From the NCBI RefSeq assembly GCF_006345805.1, contig NC_043004.1:4526001-4590000 (forward strand): DNA of 64,000 bases, in the 5' to 3' direction. Made by a program: the position numbers and the translations under genes. This document shows positions 50,400 to 62,873 of this stretch, one piece after another. Numbering within the stretch: position 1 is the stretch's first letter; each line of letters opens with the position of its first letter. The DNA comes from Octopus sinensis. Lineage: Eukaryota. The notes below the pieces were generated by a model. It did no database searches and had not been told where the DNA came from. It saw nothing but the letters and a program-made list of their open reading frames with translations.

Positions 50400-50606
50400 T
50401 CAGACACCATGATAGATCGTTAGCCACTACACACATTTTTTTTCTCTCCTTGTTTCTCTCCTTTTTTCTATGTCCCTTTCTGTAGAAGAGCATAGGCTTG
50501 AAACGTAAAAGACTTTTTCTATTCCTGAGCGTTATACTAATACATCTGTTTGTTTTGTACACCACCTGTCTTCGTCTTTTGTTGTTTTTTTCGTAAATTC
50601 TCCCTA
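50400..50606 (+). mobile_element. Short element with variant minimal hammerhead-like motif (50476-50511)
   Basis: CTTT-CTGTAGA-A-GAGC-ATAG-GCTT-GAAAC-GTA-AAAG. Homologous to 34262-34510. Confidence 0.8.
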
Positions 50607-50673
50607 TATATATATATATATATAACTAAATAAATAAATGTAGTTAAACGCGGGTGTTATTCAGATCTTTATA

Positions 50674-50763
50674 CTCCCGACATATGTTTCGAAGAAAACA
50701 TTGATATTATTCCAGAAGGAATAAAATGATGCAAAACAATGCAATCTTCTCATTAGGCAAAAA
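50674..50763 (-). ncRNA. Hammerhead with mutated core (CTAATGA), probably inactive
   Basis: CTAATGA-GAAGATTGCATTG...CAATGTTTTCTTC-GAA-ACATATGT-C. Stem III is palindromic and stem I is weak. Confidence 0.55.
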
Positions 50764-50829
50764 AGAGGAACAAAACACATCACTGAGACATTTTAACTGA
50801 ATGTAATTACTGCATATATAATGAAAGGA

Positions 50830-51600
50830 ACGCAAGATAAATGTATTCCTACTTAGTTAAAAAATTAAAGCTTGATTTATGCTCTAATTTGTTCCAAGTG
50901 GTTGACTGGTTTAATTCTATTAATAACAAGAAGTGCACTAAGTTTATCCAGTTTGATATTTCCAGTTTCTATTTCTCTATCAACCCAATTGTACTCAACA
51001 AGGCACTCTGGTTTGCACACAACAAAACAGGTTTCACCAGGGATGAAATTAATGTTGTGTTAGCCACCAGAAAATCTATTATTAAATTTGATCACAAGCT
51101 GTGGATCCGTAAAGATACACCCAACAGTTTTGATGTTATGATGTGAAGTTCTGATTCAGCACAAATTGCTGATTTAGTTGGTATCTATATCCTTTATGAG
51201 ATGGCTGACCAATTCCCAAACATCAATGGAGGTCTATATTGTGATGATTGTCTACTCTACCTTAAAAATGCCTCTAACCAAAAATTACAAAGGGTTAAAA
51301 ATAGGCTGGTTAAATTTTTCTGAAACATGGGCTTAAGCATTGTTTTCGATGATGATATAACTAAAGCCAACTTTTTGGATATTACTCTTAACTTACATAA
51401 TGATTCATATTTCCCATACCATAAACCCTCAACTAATTTAAAATATATTAGCATTTTTAGTAATCACTCTTAGTCTATTACAAAGAATTTAGTTAGGAAT
51501 ATTTCACTTAGACTTTCTAGATTATCTGCTAATGTTGATATCTTCGATGATAAAGCTGAATTTTATAACTCTGCCTTACTTAAAGCAGGCTTGGTTATGA
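50830..51600 (+). mobile_element. Penelope-like reverse transcriptase remnant
   Basis: FIQFDISSFYFSI...FDVMM*SSDSAQIADLVG...GGLYCDDCL...NFLDITLNL...PYHKP, with in-frame stops. Confidence 0.85.
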
Positions 51601-52262
51601 TATCCCTTTCTAGAATTTAAAAAATTTTATTTTTATACAACTTAATAATATTGTTTATAAATGTTCTCCCACTGAGCCCTTAATGTTTTCCTAGATCTCA
51701 TTGTAGCATCCTAGGTTTCATAGCATTTGCCCCTTTAACTGGTAACAACATCATGATTTAATGTCACTCCTACCCTACCTCTTTTATTGACATTTACTAC
51801 CATCTAATTGACTCTTTCTAAAGTTCTGTTTCTTTTTCTTGTGGGTAGAGGTGTACCTGTGACAGTATGAAATTTATGACCTACAGCCAGTTATGAGTTG
51901 TCAACTCATTTTGCTCTTTATTCTAAATATAAGCAGTCTTCTAGTCTTAGGTTTTTGTTAATGACCAGGAGATACAACCCTATGACCCCCTCTGTATTCC
52001 ATGCCACTCTAAAAATTGTAGTCTGTTCTTCTCTTAGCTATTCTTGCTACAAAAGTGCCAACATGAAATTCTTCCCTCCTCTTGTTCTGTTAAAATATTT
52101 AAGAACAATTATATTACTATATCTTGTCTGTTGAAAATCCATATTTGTGCAGCTGAAGATAGCACTGTATTTAAATTGATGTAAAGACTGCATTGATCAA
52201 TTAAATGGAGCCACTTGAAACGGTCGTACTGCATTAATACTTAAAACCTGTTACTTATTTTG

Positions 52263-52299
<37 letters not shown>

Positions 52300-52554
52300 A
52301 ACACGACAAAGACAAAAATACATAACATCAATTTAGCCTTTTATTCATTATTACTTGCTAGCAAGGACACAGCATATAACTTCGCAACCTTAATATACTA
52401 TGAAGTATATCAAAAGCTTATAAGTCAATATTGTGTCTTACTTTTGTGCTAGTAATGCAATGTTTTCATTTTTAAGTTTATCTCTACAGATTTTCAATAT
52501 AATTCAGAGCCAGCACTGCAAGTTATGATGTTTTGTATCTGAATACATTTATGT

Positions 52555-52728
52555 TTATAGATTGATTCCATCATAGGATGAGACAAGCCTCTGTCTTCAG
52601 GGCAGAGATCTTACCTTTGAGGTGTTAAAGGAAAGTTCAAAGATGGAAATGCTTCAAATGAAAGATCTCTTCTCTGAAGATGGAAGCTCATCTCATCCTA
52701 TGATGGAATCAATCTACAAACATTATTA
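52555..52728. mobile_element. Hairpin insertion (arms about 70 bp) with probable 15-bp TSD
   Basis: ATGTTTATAGATTGATTCCATCATAGGATGAGA pairs with TCTCATCCTATGATGGAATCAATCTACAAACAT. TGAATACA(T/C)TTATGT occurs at 52540-54 and 52729-43. Confidence 0.8.
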
Positions 52729-54701
52729 TGAATACACTTATGTAAACAATATAATCAAAGTTAGAAAAAAATAGGTAATGGATGAATATGCATATTTCAA
52801 GAATTATTGTTCTTTTATCAGCACCACATCCAACCCATTGCTTAAATACCCACAAAGTTTAGTGGTGTGACACTATTGGATAGATCAATTTACATATTGA
52901 GCACATTCCCGGCCACTGGAACAGAAATAATAATTGTTAGCAAGGACACAGTATTTCATTGTACAACCATAATATACTACGAAGACATCAAAGGTTTACA
53001 AGTCAATATTGTGTCTTGCTTTTGTGTTAGCAGTGTGATGTTCTCATTTTTAAGTTTATCTCTACAGATTTTCGATAGAATTCAGAGCTTCGATTCATTA
53101 TTCCCATTTCTTAACTCTCTTAACATATTCTTAACACATCTGGCAGAATCATCTTGGATAGTCAAAGTCAGCCTGATGTCAATCAATAGACATAAAAATA
53201 TATTTACACCGGGATGACTTGATTACTGAAAATGTTTGTGCTGGATTTTTTTCAGAATGTGTTAAGAGCATTAAGAAACAGGAATATTGAATTAAAGGTT
53301 AACTGATGTTGTTCATTTCTGTCTTTATCACGTTGTACGTATATAGAATAGTATGCAGTTTTATGCCTAATGTATTAAATGTATGGATATTTACAGTAAG
53401 GTATGGTGTAACAATTTTTGTTGTCCCAAATTTGTAATCTTTTACAAAACTTTTTAATTCTTTTATTCTTTTACTTGTTTCCGTCATTTTGACCGTTGCC
53501 ATGCTGGAGCACTACTTAAAAGGGTTTATAGTCAAAGCAATTGACCTGAGTACTTATTCTTCGTAATCCTAGCACTTATTCTATTGGTCTCTTTTGTTGA
53601 ACCACTAAGTTACGGGAATGTAAACACACTGATATCAGTTGTCAAGTGATGGTAGTGGGGACAAACACAGACACAAAGCCATACATACATAAATATATAC
53701 ATACATATATGTATATATATTGATAGCTTCCATTACCTAGGTGACCAAGTCAGTAGTGGGGGTGGGTGCACTGAAAGTGTAGCTACTAGAATAAGAATAG
53801 CCTGGGCAAAGTTCAGAGAGCTGACTAGACTGGAGCAACATGAAGTGAAATATTTTGATCAAGAACATGATGCATCACCTGGTACAGGAATTGAAACTAC
53901 AATCTTTTGATCACAAGTCCAACACACTAGCCACTAGGTCAAACACCTCTACACCTGGCTTGGCAGCAAAGCCTAAAATCAAGTGGTTCAGACTAAATCT
54001 AGTAAAAACTGAAATTTTAATTAACAGGAATGAAGACAAGAGCCTACCATTGGTCAATGCTCAATGTGCAGGTGAAGAGTAGGTAGGAAACCCATATAGT
54101 GTACCTGGTGTAAACTATGGATGCACAAGAGGTATCGGGAGATCATTGGCAGGCTGAAAGAGAAAGGAGAATTTGTATGTAGCTGACCTACTGTAGTTGC
54201 AGGAAGAGTATAAATGAAATAAATTCCTTCAGATACCTAAAATGCTCCGTAGAAGTAACTAATAGCTTCAGTTACCATGGTGACTTAATTAGCAGTAGAG
54301 CTGGGTCCAGAAAATATAGTAAGCCCAAGTAAGAATTGGGTAGGAAAAGTTCAGGGAACTATTACTTCTACTGGCAATGGAATGTTTCTCTTGACAGACC
54401 AAGATACAGAGAAAATAGAACTTCTGCAATTTTGATATCAACCCGCCTGAAACTTTCCCTGATTCTATGATACAAACACACATCATAGATATATATATGA
54501 AAAATACTGAGAAAGGGTTGAAGTGCATTAAATTTATACATAAGCGCAGGAGTAGCTGTGTGGTAAGTAGCTTGCTCACCAACCATGTGGTTTCGAGTTT
54601 ATTCCCACTGCATGGCACCTTGGGCAGAGTGTCTTCTACTATAGCCTCGGGCCAACCAAAGCCTTGTGAGTGGATTTGGTAGACAAAAACTGAAAGAAGC
54701 C

Positions 54702-54771
<70 letters not shown>

Positions 54772-56533
54772 ATGTATGTGTGTGTATATGTTTGTGTGTC
54801 TGTGTTTGTCCCTCCAGCATTGCTTGACAACCGATGGTGGTGTGTTTACATCTCCGTAACTTAGCGGTTCGACAATAGAGACCGATAGAATAGTACTAGG
54901 CTTACAGAGAATAAGTCCTGGGGTCGACTTGCTCAACTAAAGGCGGCGCTCCAGCATGGCCGCAGTCAAATAACTGAAACAAGTAAAAGAGTAAAAGTGT
55001 ATATATAAATTGTTTGTTTAAATAAAAGTTTTATTCTTTAATGTATCTGGTATATACATTTTTAAAATATATTTTATATATACAATTTTTTTTATGTATT
55101 AGTAAATACGTAAAAGTAAAATATAAAATTATGGTTTTACATTACAAATGTTTCTGCATAATAGTTTTACTGAGAATATATTTGTGTTTATATTCACAAG
55201 GTGAGTTTAACAAACAACACAAATAAAAGGGAGAGAGATTAAAAATCACATTACTTTGAGAGTCTTTTGAATGAGAAAAATTTTAGAGAATAAATTTTTG
55301 TGTATGCTACAGCCAAAAGAGATTTTGTAGTAGAAGAAAAATATTTAACTGACCAGTATCCAATATGCTCTGTGATTTAAATTACCAAAGTTTACTTTTG
55401 TTATATGGTAAGGTGTATGACTGACTGTGTGCAATTAGCTTGCTTACCAACCACATGGTTCTGGGTTCAGTCCCACTGCGTGGCAACTTGGGCAAGTGCC
55501 TTCTACTATAGCCTCGGGCCGACCAAAGCCTTGTGAGTAGATTTAGTAGACGGAAACTGAAAGAAGCCCATTGTATATATGTATATATATAAGTATGTGT
55601 ATGTGTGTGTATATATTTGTGTGTCTGTGTTTGTCCCTTCAACATCGCTTGACAACCGATGCTGGTGTGTTTACGTCCCCGTAACTTAGCAGTTCAGCAA
55701 AAGAGACTCATAGAATAAGTACTAGGCTTACAAAGAATAAGTCCAGGGGTCGATTTGCTCGACTAAAGGCGGTGCTTCAGCATGGCCAGTCAAACGACTG
55801 AAACAAGTAACAGAATAAAAGAAAAAAGAATATGTTTGGATAATGTGTCAATCAATCTATTTGAGGGAACACACTCACACACATTATATATCATCATCAT
55901 CATTATTATCGTTGAATGTCCATGTTCCATGCTGGCATGGGTTGGATGATTTGGCCGGATTTGATGGGTCCAGCAACTGGATCAGGTTCCAGTATCTGCC
56001 TTGACATGGTCTCAATGGCTGGATGCCCTTCCTAAATGAACTACTTTACAGTGTGTACTGAGTGCTTTTTTTTTTTCATGCAATTGACACTAGTGAGGTC
56101 ACCATGTCTCCCCCCCCACCCGCAAGCCTATGAAAACCAAGAGGAAGGGCTTTATGTTAGAAGATGAGGGTTAAGGTAAGAAAGAAGGATGTGAAGCAAA
56201 GTAGGTTCTAGTTATAGGGGAGCTGCATGGCTTCTGACATTCAGGAGAGAGTTAGTACTGCAAAGAGGCAGATAGTGAGGATGAGGTGTCCAGGTAGCAC
56301 TTCAAGGTATGAGGTCAGCAAAAGTGAGTGGGGACAGAGAAACTGGGAGTAGGTGGAGGTTTGTAAGAGTGAAAGGTGGTGGGGAGAGAGAGGGGCGAAA
56401 TGGAAGAGGGTTGAAGGGTGGATGCAAGAAGAGAGCAGTAACAGGACAGTAATGATGATACAGTTGATGATGTGGGGGTGGGAGAAGAAGGCAAGAGAGA
56501 GAGAGAGTGAGGTGACATGTTTGGACAGGCTAC

Positions 56534-56571
<38 letters not shown>

Positions 56572-57269
56572 CAGGCATAGTGCATGAGGATAGAACTGGG
56601 TGGTGCAGTGAAGGGATGGAGGTGATCAATGTGACATGTAAAGGACAACATTAATGGATAAAACAGTGTGGTATCAGAAAGGGGTGAGGTGAGTAGCAGT
56701 AGTGAGAGAGATGTTAGGCAGGAGAAGGGATGTAAGGGGGAAATTTCACACATACACACATACACACCAAAATTCATTCAGTCACTATCTTATTAAGACC
56801 ATGGGCAAAATAATGCTCTGGAGCCTAACAAACTTCAAGGAATCTGAATGAAATCTTTCCATCAAAATTTCATGTTAATTTATACATTCCTAAAAGCAGG
56901 TTGATAATATCAAACAGTTATTTGGCTAAATTCTTTTTACCATTTATCTTTCACTTGTTTCGGTCATTTGACTGTGACCATGCTGGAGCATTGCCTTGAA
57001 GGGTTTTAGTGAGCCAAATCGTCCCCAGGACTTATTTTTTTAAAAATCTAGTACTTATTCTATCAGTCTCACTAATTTACAGGGACGTAAAAAACACCAG
57101 TTGTCAAGCACACACACATAGTTATACACACACACACATATATATAATCACCACATTTTGAATTATATGGGTAATACCATACTAAATTCTGGTGCCTTTA
57201 ACTGAATCTAAATTTTACTGAACTTATATATATATATATATATATATTAAGTAAGATTGTTCTGTTTAT

Positions 57270-58082
57270 CAAGTTAGCCTTGATATTAACTCTCACGCGA
57301 CTCTGCATCTTTCTTTCTTTCTCTCCCATTCCCTTTTTCGTCTTTTTTTCCCTCACTTAACTTGTCTCTTCCTCTCTCTCTCATTCTTCATTCTCTCTCT
57401 CCCTTTCACCATTCTTCATGGTCTACTCGCACCATTCCCCTTCTTCTCTCTCTTCCTCTTGCTCCTCCTCCCCCATTCCCCGTCATCCATCTGCGACGAT
57501 ACTTCCATCGTAACTGCTATCCTGTCCTTTCTCGCCCGCCTTGCAAGGCTTCTGGTTGACAAATTTTCCCTCTCTGTCTTCCACGATAATCCAGCGTTTA
57601 CAATACTTTTTTCGTCTGGCGTTAACAGCCCTTCTTATCTTGTTCTCCTTGTCTTGTCTCTCACTGTTATATATTTATTTTTCCACTGTTTATATATATA
57701 TTTTTTACTGTTTATATGTTTGTACTGTCGTTACCGTCTTGCTTTTTTTTTACCCCTCTGCGAAAAGATCTCAGAATTTTAATTGATTTGCTTTTCGCGG
57801 GAAGGAATTTTTCTTCGAAGTATACGTCTCGCTTTTATCCTTCGAAACGTTTAGTAGATGAAATCTTAGCGACTGAAGAAGGGGATTTTTCGTTGTGCTT
57901 ATTGTCCTGTATCTCTCCCCTTTTTTTTGCTTGTCTTGTTCCTTGGTTTGTGTCTATGTGTTTCGTCTCTCTATGTGTTCGACGTCTTTTTGGTGTCCTG
58001 TACACATATATGCATGTATATGTACATGTAGAGGTAGGTACGTACATGTATGTTTATATATATGCATATATTCTATTTTATT

Positions 58083-58170
<88 letters not shown>

Positions 58171-58560
58171 ATTAGTGAATTTAAGAAATGGAGTTGAACG
58201 AAGATTGAACAGAAATCGTTTTATTTCATTCTACACGTGTTTCGAAAGGCACAATTTACCAAATTCCGATTGAATAATGAGACCATATTGTGTCTTTCTC
58301 TTCAGGAAGAAATAGGAAATCCGTTGGAAAAAACAAAAACAGAACAGAGGCGGAGCAAAACAAATCGAACTAGGCTCCTAAGAGCCCATGGCCAAACTGT
58401 TTATCAGTGTATGTTGAAAACGGGTGGTGGGTGCATTGAAGATTTTAACGGGTCAGGCAGCGGTCATTTCGGTGGATGAGGGCACGGGGTGTGTAGATGT
58501 TCTTTGTGACCGAGAGTAAAGTTCTGACTATTTAAAGAATATTAGATGTATTATATGGGG
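57270..58560. mobile_element. Composite PLE-like terminal-repeat region containing hammerhead motifs
   Basis: CT-rich CpG-containing tract, degenerate HHR-like pieces at 57755-57890, (TA)n, then an intact minus-strand HHR. Boundaries are approximate. Confidence 0.45.
58224..58312 (-). ncRNA. Type I hammerhead ribozyme, fully canonical core
   Basis: TTTC-TTC-CTGAAGA-GAAAGACACAAT-[31 nt]-ATTGTGCCTTTC-GAA-ACACGTGT-A-GAA-T-GAAA. Stem II pairs 11 of 12, stem III is palindromic, and GUA cleavage is predicted between 58232 and 58231. Confidence 0.8.
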
Positions 58561-59362
58561 TGAGACAAAATCTACTTAGAGACATGTGTGTGTTTACTGT
58601 TCTATATATGTGTGCGGGCGCCAGTTGGTAAGAAGCGCTACATTCTGGTCACTGCTGAGAAATCCGTCAAGGGGTAGAAAACATTTTATGTGTACGTGTG
58701 TGCGTTTGATCGCGCGGCTGTCAGTTGGTAAACAGCTCTACACAATGGTCACTGCTGTAGAATCCGTCGGGCGGCAGAAGAATATTTTATGTGTGCGTGT
58801 GTTCGTGTGGCACCTGTGTCAGTGGCACATAAAATCACCCACTACACTCTCGGAGTGGTTGGCGTTAGGAAGGGCATCCAGCTGTAGAAACACTGCCAGA
58901 TCTGACTGGCCTAGTGCAGCCTCCGGGCTTCCCAGACCCCAGTTGAACCGTCCAACCCATGCTAGCATGGAAGCGGACGTTAAACGATGATGATGATGAT
59001 GATGACAATGGTATTCCAATTTCCCTCTACCAAATCCACTCACAAGACACTTGCCCAAGTTGCCACATAGTGGGACTGAACTCAGAACCATGTGGTTGGG
59101 AAGCAAACTTCTTATCACACAACCATGCCATTTGATTATTTTGAAAATTAATTGAAATAAAGATTGTGTATGCCAACTAAAATATGGTAAGGGTTACAGA
59201 CTAAATTGATTTCTAATTTCTGATCTATTTGTACAAAGTCCTAAATTTGGCAAATGGAAATAAAGTTGACATGGAGGTTGAAAGGTGAAGTTTACTGTGA
59301 AGTGAATATGAACTCAGAACACAAAAGGATGGAAGGAAATACCACAAAACATTTTGTCTGGT

Positions 59363-59476
59363 ACATTATTTACATTATTTACATTTGATGGATATTTGTC
59401 CTTGTCTTGTTTGTAGTAAACACAATGTTTCAGTTGATATACCCTCCAGCCTTCATCAGGTGTCTTGGGGAAATTT

Positions 59477-59536
<60 letters not shown>

Positions 59537-59725
59537 AATAACATCAAAAAATACCTTAGGAAGGAGAACCAAGGTTTGGAATTTCCCTAAGATACCTGAT
59601 GAAGGCTGGAGTGTATATCAGCCGAAACGTTGTGTTAACAACAAACAAGATGAAGACAAATATCAGTCAAATGTAAATAGTGTAAATAATGTACATAATT
59701 CCTCATCTCTTAAATATAGAACTGT
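59363..59725. mobile_element. Palindromic hammerhead cassette with 12-bp TSD (same family as 31282-31747)
   Basis: Inverted copy 59363-59476, (TAA)n, direct copy 59545-59725. ATTTTGTCTGGT occurs at 59351-62 and 59726-37. Confidence 0.92.
59591..59636 (+). ncRNA. Type I minimal hammerhead ribozyme
   Basis: GATAC-CTGATGA-A-GGCTG-GAGTGTATAT-CAGCC-GAAAC-GTT-GTGTT. Confidence 0.65.
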
Positions 59726-60759
59726 ATTTTGTCTGGTGTTCTACAAATCCTGACATCCATTGCATTAATGAACCAAAGAGGAAGCCCCTATGTGGTCATT
59801 CAACCTGTTGAAAATATTGACTGAATCTTCTTCATACCACCTCTAACCATTTCAACCATCTTCAGAAAGGAAAGACACATTAGATTATTTACTTCTAGGT
59901 ACACTGTGTCTGAATAAAAAATAGGATTGTCAGGATAGGAACACTTTTGGCAATAGGTCTGCTGGATGAGATTTTAAACAACAATAACATCAATCCATTG
60001 CTTTTGAAACTTACTAAAAGTTTATATATTAGTGACAGAGGTAGTATTATTACTTGAGAGCCCCTTCGGTCATGACTGACCGTGGGATTGCACCTAGAAA
60101 GTTACCCTCCCAGGCACAAGTCCGGGCAAGGTTGCTTATGGAAGACCAGCAAAAGCCCATGCATACTGGCCTCCCCTCTCCACGCTACCAGTGTTATCCC
60201 AGGGAAAGACAACAGTAGATACAGCTTGGCACCTGTGATGTTGCAACTCATTTCTACAGCTGAGTGAACTGGAGCAATGTGAAATAAAGTGTCTTGCTCA
60301 AGAACACAACACGCAGCCCGGTCCGGGATTCGAACTCACAACTTCACAACCATAAGCTTGATGCACTAACCACTGAGCCATGCACCTTCACAATATTGAT
60401 ACTAAGAGGTAATATCTATCCTCACTTAAACATGGATGTTCTGTTGGAACAAACTATACTGTGGTAAATGACAAGAGAAACTTGCATATTGGCTTTTGGT
60501 GCACAATGCACGCTTGTTTATATCACTAGTAGGGAGATAAGTCCCTGCCACCCCCAGTGCTGAGACTACCAATAAAGGTTTCTTCCTTGTTTTTGTTTAT
60601 TTTTCTTTACAGTGAAATACTAATAATTACCAAAATGATGAAACCACACTTTAAAGATTTTAGACATTTGAACTGTTGGTTGGAGAAACTGTCTCTTTTA
60701 CTTTCCTTTCTTCTGAGATAGAACTTTTAATTTTTTTACCATTCTATCTTTCATACATC

Positions 60760-61491
60760 ACCACCACCACCACCATCATCATCACAGCTGCATCATCACC
60801 AGCAGCAGCAGCAGCAGCAGCACCAGCACCAGCACTACCAGCACTATCAGCATCACCAGCACTACCGGCAACACCAGCACCAGCACCAGCACCAGTACCA
60901 GCACCACCACTACCACCACCATCACCACCACCGCCACCGCTGCTGCCACCACCACCTGCCTTGTGGTCATCATTGTCATCATCATCATCATCGTCATCAT
61001 CATCATCATTGTCATCAGAAGCACAAGGAACCAATGATTGGACAATGTTAGCCTGTAACCAAACACTGTTGTTTACCAGTTGCAATATAAAGAAAATACT
61101 TGAATAAATACTTGATAAAATGGTTTAAGATTTAGGAATTGGTAATGCAATATAATACCAAACTGACCACTCCAAATCTGGTTAATATTCATGGATGTAG
61201 GGGCCTTACAATTTACATTCTGAAGTGTCCAAGATGGCTGACTGTCAGTTAAGCAGTGATGGCAGTAGGAAAAGGATAGTTTGTCTCCCACACACATTAC
61301 AATAATGAAACTTACCATCAAATGTCAGATTTAATAGTCCTTCCGGAACATTCTTTGCAGCTTCATGTATATGGAGTTGTTGAGTAAACGATGTGTCATC
61401 ATCACCATCATCATCACCACACCAACTAGCCTCCTCCTCCTCCTCCTCACCACCACCCACCACCACCACCACCACCACCATCATTATCATT

Positions 61492-61534
<43 letters not shown>

Positions 61535-61570
61535 GCACCATCATTGTTGTCATCATCACCGTCATCTTAC
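60760..61570. repeat. Trinucleotide low-complexity tracts (CAC/CAT/CAG) flanking about 350 bp of unique sequence
   Basis: Direct reading. The tracts are at 60760-61020 and 61395-61570. Confidence 0.9.
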
Positions 61571-61797
61571 GTGTTTGTTCCAATGCTGTGTTCATGTGTG
61601 TGTGTGTGTGTGTGTGTGCGCACGCATGTGTGTGTGTGAGTGTGTGCATGTGTGCTTTTTTCGTGTATGTGTTGAAATACCTAATATATACTGTAATATA
61701 CTGTACATGTTAGTTCTCTCTGCATAGGTATGTAAAGTATATATGTATTTGTATGTTTGTGTTTATCCATGTTTATTTGTGCATTTTATCATACAAG

Positions 61798-61828
<31 letters not shown>

Positions 61829-61915
61829 TAATCCATCTATGTCCCTATCTATCTATCTATCTATTATCTATCTATCTTTCAATCGATCTAACTTTCTGTC
61901 ATTATATAAATAGAC

Positions 61916-61948
<33 letters not shown>

Positions 61949-62154
61949 TGTATGTATGTATGTATGTATGTATGTATGTATGTGTGTATGTATGAATGTA
62001 TGTATGTATGTATGTATGTATGTATGTATGTGTGTGCATGTGCGTATGCATGCGTGTGTGTGTATGTTTGTGTGCTGGTGTATATGTGCGTGACTTTTTC
62101 TGCTTTTATGACCTTATGTTCTTGCCTCTATGAACTTACGTATGCTCATGATGT

Positions 62155-62197
<43 letters not shown>

Positions 62198-62376
62198 TGC
62201 ATCTGTGCATGGATTAACTGCTTTTATGAGCAGTTACTAATTTATCATTCATATATATATATATATATATAGTCCCACCCATACCAGCATGGAAGGCAGA
62301 TGTTAAACGATGATGATGAGGATAATGGTGATGATGATGATGATGATGATGATGATATATATATATATATATATAT

Positions 62377-62469
<93 letters not shown>

Positions 62470-62470
62470 C

Positions 62471-62501
<31 letters not shown>

Positions 62502-62818
62502 AGAAAAATAAATAAATAACAAATGATGGATGAGTGTCATTCATTCATTTATTTATTTATTTGCTTAAAATACTCCAAAACGGATTCCCAACCCGTTGGA
62601 CATTTTGGATTAAATCAAACACGATGCAACCAATATGTGTGCTTTGGACTAGACCCTAGCCGTTAAATACTCATAAGGGTTAAATTCTCTGTATGCATAA
62701 CCTGAAACTTTCACTGGATGTACTTCAGTACCCAGTATATTTATTCGACTACTGAATTCAACCCAACCTGGTACCTATCATTTAAGTACCCGATTCTCTT
62801 CCAAATCCTTAATACTAT

Positions 62819-62851
<33 letters not shown>

Positions 62852-62873
62852 AATACCATTATATATATATATA

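Noticed and set aside
52148-52232. GCAG-CTGAAGA...GAAACGGTCGTACTGC hammerhead-like motif
   Set aside because: The stem II arms do not pair. It is counted only as a decayed relic.
60676-61649. Gly/Ala/Asp-rich and Pro/Ser-rich ORFs (60744-61085, 60676-61107, 61245-61649)
   Set aside because: They are open on both strands because of trinucleotide repeats. A donor exists at 61314 on the minus strand but no acceptor or recognisable domain supports a CDS.
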